Assembly (NCBI RefSeq): GCF_000025505.1
Contig: NC_013849.1
Location: 2,010,001-2,042,000, forward strand
Length of the DNA stretch: 32,000 bases
Direction of reading: 5' to 3'
Source: Ferroglobus placidus DSM 10642
Lineage (GTDB): Archaea; Halobacteriota; Archaeoglobi; Archaeoglobales; Archaeoglobaceae
A model generated the notes under the pieces. It was not told the origin of the DNA. It did no database searches and saw only the letters and a program-made list of their open reading frames with translations. Of the stretch, positions 25,685 through 32,000 are shown in pieces; positions within the stretch are counted from its first letter, which is position 1, and every line of letters starts with the position of its first letter. A program made the position numbers and the translations under genes.

Positions 25685-27435
25685 ACCCTATCAACTCCGT
25701 AATGGGCTTTAATAAAATCCTGAAAGTTTTTAATTACCTTAAAAGACTCTCTGAGAAGAACGACGTCAAGCTTTTCAAGTTCCTTAGCGTCGATGACGTT
25801 GTCGCTCTCTTGGGCTTGGTGTCTCAGCCTCAGATTTTGAATGTAATTGTAAACTTCAACGAGAGTCTCGCTCCTTTCCTCTCCTATCAAATCCTTAACT
25901 GCTCTCAATCTCTCAATAGTATTAAGCTCCTCAATTCCCGCATCCAGAGCTAAAACTCTCGCGCAATTGACAATCGGATATATCCCGTAGAGCTTTAGGT
26001 CAATTCCCTTGTCAAGATTCTTCATTCCAAAAAAGCCGATAGGAGGGGAGATCGTTACGGCATCCTTGGCGAGAAATCTTACAGCCTGATTCGTCTTAAC
26101 CTCAAAGATGTGTTCGCGGAGTTCAGCGTAAAGGTCTTCGTTTCCGTAAACGTGTCTCATATCGAGGAATACCGTCAGATGTCTGATGTTCTGGGGGGTT
26201 AGGTTGTTGAACCAGTTTTTAAAAGTCCTTTTCCACTCCTCAACGCTCATACACCAGTTTGAAGCCATGTAACCGGCTTTGCATTTTGGAATACCGACGT
26301 AATCCAAAAGTTCCACAACTCTTTTCGAAATGTCCTCAAATTTGTAGGATTTAAATTCTGTTATCATCGCATTGTCTTGGTCAGTGGCGATGATCTGCTC
26401 TTTTCTCCCACCACTCCCCATTACAACGAAGGAAAACCTCCCATCAAGATCGTCTCCGAGAAATTCGAAAACCTTCTCGTAAACGACATCGTAAAAAGCG
26501 TTTAACGTTCTCGATATATCCTGAAAACTAACTCCCCTATGCGTAAGCTCCTTGACGATTTCCCTCGACTCAGCCACTATTTCTTTAACTTCCTCAACGC
26601 TTTCGCTCCTTCGAAGAGATCTGAAGAGGTATGTAACTCTGGACAGTGGCTCGAAAACGCTCAACACGTCTTTTATCGAAATCACGCCGCTAACTTTTCC
26701 GTTCTCCGTTATGACGAGGTGATTTATCCCCGATTCGAGCATTTTTATGTACGCCTCAAAGATAGGCGAAGACGCTTCGTCACATATCACCGGCGAGCTC
26801 ATAAACTCGTCGACGCATCCATCAATCTTGTTGAGGGAAACAGCCTTCTTCAAATCTCTGTCCGTGAAAATTCCAAGAGGTTTTTCACCTTCCACAACAA
26901 CGAGACTCCCGATTCTGTTTTCGAACATTTTTTCGGCAGCTTCCCTAATTTTTGTATCCTTGCTGCAAGTCACTGGATTCCTCCTTACGATCTCTTTCAC
27001 GGGTTTTAGCAAAGCGTCTTCGAGAGTTACGTAGCTAAATCTGAGCGAACTGAACCTTCTCTCTTTAAAAAACCTGAAAAACTCTCCAAACCTTTTGTTT
27101 TCCTCGATAAGCTTCTTAAAAACTTCTGCTTTGAAAAGATAGCATACTGTATCTTCGGCAGCGTAAAGATCTCCTTCGACAGGCTTTTTTTCGATTGCGG
27201 AAGATACTCCGAATATTTCGCCCTTCGTTATTCTCTCTTCCTCGTTACCTTTTTTCAGAGCGAGCTCTCCGGAATAAACAAAAAACACGTATTTCGGAAC
27301 TTTCCCTCTCTTTAAGATCCTTTCTCCGACTTCGTAAACTTCAACATCCATACTCGAAACGAGTTCGTCCAGCTCCTTTTCTGAAAGGTAGGAGAATGGA
27401 ACAACTCTTCTGAGTAGGTCTTTCGGAGGTATCAT
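25681..27435 (-). CDS. cNMP-binding/CBS-pair/DUF294 nucleotidyltransferase-like protein
   Basis: Cyclic-nucleotide-like N-terminus, CBS motifs (RIGSLVVVEGEKPLGIFTDRDL; GINHLVITENGKVSGVISIKDVL), FVVMGSGGRKEQIIATDQDNAMI. Confidence 0.9.
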   Translation of the reverse strand: MIPPKDLLRRVVPFSYLSEKELDELVSSMDVEVYEVGERILKRGKVPKYVFFVYSGELALKKGNEEERITKGEIFGVSSAIEKKPVEGDLYAAEDTVCYLFKAEVFKKLIEENKRFGEFFRFFKERRFSSLRFSYVTLEDALLKPVKEIVRRNPVTCSKDTKIREAAEKMFENRIGSLVVVEGEKPLGIFTDRDLKKAVSLNKIDGCVDEFMSSPVICDEASSPIFEAYIKMLESGINHLVITENGKVSGVISIKDVLSVFEPLSRVTYLFRSLRRSESVEEVKEIVAESREIVKELTHRGVSFQDISRTLNAFYDVVYEKVFEFLGDDLDGRFSFVVMGSGGRKEQIIATDQDNAMITEFKSYKFEDISKRVVELLDYVGIPKCKAGYMASNWCMSVEEWKRTFKNWFNNLTPQNIRHLTVFLDMRHVYGNEDLYAELREHIFEVKTNQAVRFLAKDAVTISPPIGFFGMKNLDKGIDLKLYGIYPIVNCARVLALDAGIEELNTIERLRAVKDLIGEERSETLVEVYNYIQNLRLRHQAQESDNVIDAKELEKLDVVLLRESFKVIKNFQDFIKAHYGVDRV

Positions 27436-27463
27436 CTATCTGTAGCTTAGCTGAAAAAGTATA

Positions 27464-30043
27464 TCAACTTTTTTCGTGGTCGAGCAGAGAGAGAATTTTT
27501 TCGTGAAGTTCCCTGATAACCTTCCTTCTGTCCTCCATAAGAACGACGTCTTCTTCTCCGAGAAGATACAGGTTCCACGAGAAGGGACTTGGATACGGCG
27601 TTCTCACGACTCTAACCTCAATCTCGTTTCCGATCTTCGAAAGGTAATCGAGCGCATTTTCGATATCCATGGCATCCTCAAGAATTTCTCTGTATGTTTC
27701 CTTCAAAACCGGAAAATCCATGCCGAACTTTTTCTCGAGAAGCCTTAACAGCGAGTCAGCGCTCAGCTGCTGCTTCCAGACGCTCTTTTCCCTTCCGAGG
27801 TAGTTCCTCAAAATCATGAAGCTCCTGACAGCAACGTGCCTGAACCTCCTCCTCACTATTTCTGTTTTCTTAAGTGCTTCAACGAGGTCTTCTCTAAATC
27901 TTTCGATTCTCAGCAATCTCTTTAACTCGTCATCCTTCAAACTCTTATTTTCCGGCAGAATTAGTGAGAATCCGTTGTCCGTTATCGCAAACTGGACGTT
28001 GCAGTTTTTAAGCTTTCCAGCGCGGAAAGCGCAAACTCTCGCTAATGCGTTGTTTGCTCTTCTCCCAATTAGCGTGTGGAAGAAGTAGTAGTTTCTCTCA
28101 TCCTCGTACTTCTCTATGACGAGCTTTTTATCCGTAGGAATTTCGCTTACAATGAGCTGCTCGAGGAAGTAGTTTTTAATTGCCCTCGCAGCCTTTTTTT
28201 CCAGCCTGTAATCTTTGACAAGAATGTCTTCAACGGTTTCAATGTTCTCCTCCACCATCCTCCTGAACTTCTGAATTCTCAAAGCGAGATCGTAACTCAA
28301 CGGCAACTGCTCGGAAAACCAGCTGGGAACAGTAGGCTTCTCCCCCTTAACCTCTTCCACGATTATCGTGTTCCCCTTCGATTTCAGAAAGCGAAAAGTT
28401 CTACCGGCTAAAACGAAAATGTCTCCTCTCACGAGCCTTTCAGCGAATTCCTCCTCTACTTCTCCCACGAATTTTCCATCAGTTGTTATGACGGCTATTT
28501 CCGCCTCGTCTGGAATAGTTCCGACGTTGAGGTAGTAAATCGGTCTTATTAACTTTCCTCTCCTTCCGAATTCCATCTTCTCTTCGTCGAACCAAATTTT
28601 TCCGTAAACGTTCTTCCTCTCAAGCTCTGAGTAAGCCCCGCTCAAGTATTTAAGAACCGACAGAAATTCCTCTTTAGTCAGATCTTTGTAAGGATAGGCT
28701 CTTCTTACAAGCTCCAGAGCCTCGTCAACCTTCCACTTCTTTTCTATCGACATTCCCACCACGTGCTGGCAGAGGACGTCCAAGGGCTTTTTGGGAATGT
28801 GAATTCTGTCGAGTCTTCTTTCCATAGCCTCCTTAGCTAAAACCGTGCATTCGACAAGGTCGTCGTGGTCGACAACGACTATTCTTCCAACGCTAACTTC
28901 GTGAAGCCTGTGTCCGCTTCTGCCTATCCTTTGCAAAGCTCTGTTTATGCTCTTAGGTGAGCCGAGGAGGATGACGAGGTCGATGTATCCGATGTCTATA
29001 CCCAACTCTAAAGATGTTGAGGAAACAACACACCTGAGCTCTCCTCTTTTTAGCTTGTCTTCTACCTCAAGCCTAACTTCTTTAGAAAGAGATGAGTGGT
29101 GAGCTGCTATCGGAAAATCTTCTCCAAGCTTCTTTTTTAGGTGAAAAACTACTCTTTCCGTAGCGCTTCTCGTATTTGTGAAGATTAAAGCAGTTCTGGC
29201 TTTCTTAACGAGATTTGCGAGAGTGTTGTATAGTTTTTCACTTATCTCTTCAGCACTCTCCCTGAAAAAGTCGTCTATCGGCGAAATTACTTTTATGTCC
29301 ATCTTCTTTTCGAAGGTAACGTCGGCGATTATGCAATCCCTTTCTTTCCCATTTTCGTAACCGACTAAGAACTTCGCCACCTCCTTCAGCGGGTGAATTG
29401 TAGCAGAGAGTCCTATTCTGACCATCTTGCCCTTCTGAAGTCTTTGGAGTCTCTCGATGCTGAGGGTTAAGTGACTCCCCCTCTTGTTTTCAGCCATCGC
29501 GTGAACTTCATCGACGATCAGAAACTTCACTTCGGTAAGGTACTTGGAAAACTTCGGAGAGCAGAGAACTATCGCGAGACTTTCTGGGGTAGTGATTAAA
29601 ATGTGAGGTGGCTTTTTCAGTTGCTTTTGCCTTTCGCTCTGAGCCGTGTCTCCGGTTCTTACGGCAATTCTTATCTCGTTAAGCTTGATTCCCTTCTTCT
29701 CGGCAAGCTCGTAGATTTCGGTTAGCGGCTCTTCTAAATTCTTTTTTATGTCGTTGTTCAGAGCTTTTAGCGGAGAAACGTAAACGGCATAAACTTTATC
29801 CTCCAACTCCCCCTTCTCCGCTTTCTCAACCAAGAAACTGATAACGCTGAGGAAGGCTGCAAGAGTTTTCCCGCTACCAGTTGGAGAAGAGACGAGAACG
29901 TTGTTTCCTTTAAACGCTTCCACTATCGAGTACCTTTGCGGAGGTGTAAACGTTCCGTACTTTTCCTTAAACCATTCCCTCACCAGAGGGTGTAAATAGC
30001 TGAAAATTTCCTCGTCGCTGTAAGCTTTTCCCTCTCTTATCAC
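27464..30043 (-). CDS. lhr: Lhr-type superfamily 2 helicase
   Basis: VLVSSPTGSGKTLAAFLSVI, VYVSPLKALNNDI, VDEVHAM, QRIGRSGHR, 859 aa. Confidence 0.92.
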   Translation of the reverse strand: MIREGKAYSDEEIFSYLHPLVREWFKEKYGTFTPPQRYSIVEAFKGNNVLVSSPTGSGKTLAAFLSVISFLVEKAEKGELEDKVYAVYVSPLKALNNDIKKNLEEPLTEIYELAEKKGIKLNEIRIAVRTGDTAQSERQKQLKKPPHILITTPESLAIVLCSPKFSKYLTEVKFLIVDEVHAMAENKRGSHLTLSIERLQRLQKGKMVRIGLSATIHPLKEVAKFLVGYENGKERDCIIADVTFEKKMDIKVISPIDDFFRESAEEISEKLYNTLANLVKKARTALIFTNTRSATERVVFHLKKKLGEDFPIAAHHSSLSKEVRLEVEDKLKRGELRCVVSSTSLELGIDIGYIDLVILLGSPKSINRALQRIGRSGHRLHEVSVGRIVVVDHDDLVECTVLAKEAMERRLDRIHIPKKPLDVLCQHVVGMSIEKKWKVDEALELVRRAYPYKDLTKEEFLSVLKYLSGAYSELERKNVYGKIWFDEEKMEFGRRGKLIRPIYYLNVGTIPDEAEIAVITTDGKFVGEVEEEFAERLVRGDIFVLAGRTFRFLKSKGNTIIVEEVKGEKPTVPSWFSEQLPLSYDLALRIQKFRRMVEENIETVEDILVKDYRLEKKAARAIKNYFLEQLIVSEIPTDKKLVIEKYEDERNYYFFHTLIGRRANNALARVCAFRAGKLKNCNVQFAITDNGFSLILPENKSLKDDELKRLLRIERFREDLVEALKKTEIVRRRFRHVAVRSFMILRNYLGREKSVWKQQLSADSLLRLLEKKFGMDFPVLKETYREILEDAMDIENALDYLSKIGNEIEVRVVRTPYPSPFSWNLYLLGEEDVVLMEDRRKVIRELHEKILSLLDHEKS

Positions 30044-30258
30044 GTATCATGATGTTTCGCTGTCTTGTTATTAACGGTTACCCATTTCCAGCTAAAAACT
30101 TAGAAAGATTTTTATAATGCTTCGAACAACAAACATGTAGCAGTTCATACTATAATTTTATTTAATGAAATTCTCAATTTATCATTATTAATTACAATTA
30201 TGTTTATCCGAAAATATTAGGGGAATATATCTTGTGCAGCAAAATTTGAAATTCGAAC

Positions 30259-32000
30259 ATGATAAGTTACCACGAGACAGTAAACGAAATGTACGAGAGG
30301 GTTAGGGAAGAGGAACTGAGTAACGTCGCGGACAGATACGAGGCGCAGAAATTAAAGTGCTCCTTCTGCGCTCAGGGTTTGAGCTGCCAGCTTTGCACAA
30401 TGGGTCCCTGCAGGCTTAGCGATCTAAATCCCTTTGGAGCTTGTGGACTGACGAAAGCTGGAGTAGCTGTCAGAAATTTCGTTCACAGAAACATTCTCGG
30501 AGCTTCAGCCTACACCTACCATGCCATTGAGGCTGCAAAGACTCTTAAGGCAACGGCTGAAGGTAAAACTCCCTTCGAAATTAGGGATGTGGAGAAGCTG
30601 AAGTGGTTCGCAGAACAGCTTGGGATAGACACGAGCAAAGATGTAAAAGAGATAGCCAAAGAAGTGGCTGATTTTGTGATTAAAGATCTGAGCTCTCACG
30701 AGAAGAGCAAGCTTGTGGAAATTTTCGCTCCAAAGAAAAGGCTTGAAGTTTGGGAAAAGCTTGGATTAATTCCAGATGGTGTTTTTCAGGAGTTACTCAC
30801 CGCAGCAACTTCCGCTATGACCAATGTAGACTCAAATTACGTCAGTCTGGCTAAGAAGGCTATGAGAATGAGTATTTCAACGATTCTGGCTGCTCAGCTT
30901 TCCCTCGAAATAATTCAAGACGTACTTTTCGGAACTCCAACGCCGCATGAGGCTTACGTAGATCTGGGTATTCTCGATCCCGACTACGTGAATATCGTTG
31001 TAAACGGGCACGAGCCTTTCGTTGGAATGGCTCTCATAAAGCTTGCGGAGAGAGAAGACGTTCAGAGAAAGGCAATTGAAGCTGGGGCTAAAGGTTTGAG
31101 AATAGTCGGTTCGATAGAGACTGGACAGGAAATTCTTCAGCGAGTGGAATCTCCTGTCTTCGTCGGTCTGACGGGAAACTGGATTACCCAAGAATTCCTA
31201 CTTGCCACCGGAGCAGTTGATGTGTTTGCCGCAGACATGAACTGCACGGTGCCGAGAATAGTGGACTATCAAGAGAAATTTAAATTCAAAATAGTTCCGG
31301 TAAGCAAATTAATCAGACTCGAAGGAATCGACAGCGGACTCGATTACGAGCCGGAAAAAGTTGAAGAAATTGCGAAGAAGATTATCGACCTGGCTATAGA
31401 AACCTTCAAGGAAAGAAGAAAGAGCGTCGAGCCGAGAGTTCCAAAGAGAAAGCAGAAGGTTCTCGTAGGATTCTCAACTGAAGCCATTCTTAAAGCTTTG
31501 GACAACGATCTCGGAAAGCTTGTAGAGGCTATAAAAAGCGGAGCCATAAAAGGGGTAGTCGCTTTAGTTAGCTGTGCAACACTGAAAAATGGAAAGCAGG
31601 ATGAAAACACCGTCACAGTTGCTAAAGAACTGATTAAGAGAGACATACTCGTGCTATCGATGGGTTGCGGAAATGCTGCTTTGCAAGTAGCTGGATTAAC
31701 GAGCTTGGATGCTATTAAAGAGGCTGGCGAGGGACTCAGAAAAGTTTGCGAAAGTCTTGGAATTCCTCCAGTCCTCAGCTTTGGAACCTGCACGGACACC
31801 GGAAGACTTGCTTACCTCGTTAAAGTTCTGGCGGATTACTTGGGAGTGGACATTCCCCAGCTTCCGATAGCAGCTACGGCTCCAGAATACATGGAGCAAA
31901 AGGCTACGATCGATGCAATATTTGCGATAGCCTACGGAGTAACAACCCATGTCTCTCCAGTTCCACCGATAACCGGAAGCGAAGAGGCTGTCAAACTTCT
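30259..32000 (+). CDS. cooS: Anaerobic Ni-CO dehydrogenase catalytic subunit, 3' end outside window
   Basis: Manual translation from 30259: MISYHETVNEMYERVREEELSNVADRYEAQKLKCSFCAQGLSCQLCTMGPCRLSDLNPFGACG...VNIVVNGHEPF...ADMNCTVPR...SMGCGNAALQVAG...SFGTCTDTGR; open to the window end. Confidence 0.95.
   Translation, partial: MISYHETVNEMYERVREEELSNVADRYEAQKLKCSFCAQGLSCQLCTMGPCRLSDLNPFGACGLTKAGVAVRNFVHRNILGASAYTYHAIEAAKTLKATAEGKTPFEIRDVEKLKWFAEQLGIDTSKDVKEIAKEVADFVIKDLSSHEKSKLVEIFAPKKRLEVWEKLGLIPDGVFQELLTAATSAMTNVDSNYVSLAKKAMRMSISTILAAQLSLEIIQDVLFGTPTPHEAYVDLGILDPDYVNIVVNGHEPFVGMALIKLAEREDVQRKAIEAGAKGLRIVGSIETGQEILQRVESPVFVGLTGNWITQEFLLATGAVDVFAADMNCTVPRIVDYQEKFKFKIVPVSKLIRLEGIDSGLDYEPEKVEEIAKKIIDLAIETFKERRKSVEPRVPKRKQKVLVGFSTEAILKALDNDLGKLVEAIKSGAIKGVVALVSCATLKNGKQDENTVTVAKELIKRDILVLSMGCGNAALQVAGLTSLDAIKEAGEGLRKVCESLGIPPVLSFGTCTDTGRLAYLVKVLADYLGVDIPQLPIAATAPEYMEQKATIDAIFAIAYGVTTHVSPVPPITGSEEAVKL

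Noticed and set aside
23400-27413. Multiple + strand ORFs of 60-156 aa opposite symporter, exonuclease and CBS/DUF294 genes
   Set aside because: Shadow ORFs of strongly supported minus-strand genes; no recognisable domains.
30505-31950. Minus-strand ORFs over cooS
   Set aside because: Antisense to the open cooS reading frame with diagnostic Cys motifs.

Overview
Archaeal chromosome segment. Gene content suggests an Archaeoglobales-like organism (inference). Housekeeping genes include tatC, argJ, a TrkA-like protein with a CPA2-type antiporter, ftsZ, feoB with a DtxR-type regulator, rqcH, a hydrogenase maturation protease, a MoxR/VWA pair, a sodium:solute symporter cluster, lhr, and a 3'-truncated cooS. 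Two accessory zones stand out. (1) Bases 1-2252 look like a very small, decayed element integrated at tRNA-Ala(CGC). An SSV-type integrase appears partitioned: the C-terminal part lies at 1-554 with an in-frame TAG, and the N-terminal part at about 2019 reads into the antisense strand of the tRNA. The halves bracket a decayed TumE/TumA-like (DUF6516/HVO_A0114) module and an intact RelBE-like module. (2) Bases 13.2-17.1 kb carry an SPL-like radical SAM gene convergent with a three-Cys-motif partner (TcmP-like) gene with overlapping stop codons, a DUF3800 gene, a GC-rich putative structured RNA with its own promoter, and a decayed IS6-like transposase. Other signals: a 16-nt palindromic TATA element centred between two apparently leaderless divergent genes (tatC/argJ), a CdrS-like RHH gene directly upstream of ftsZ with a long GC-rich leader that can form alternative hairpins, and a DUF1152 gene frameshifted in a 6-G tract. 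No CRISPR array or rRNA was seen.
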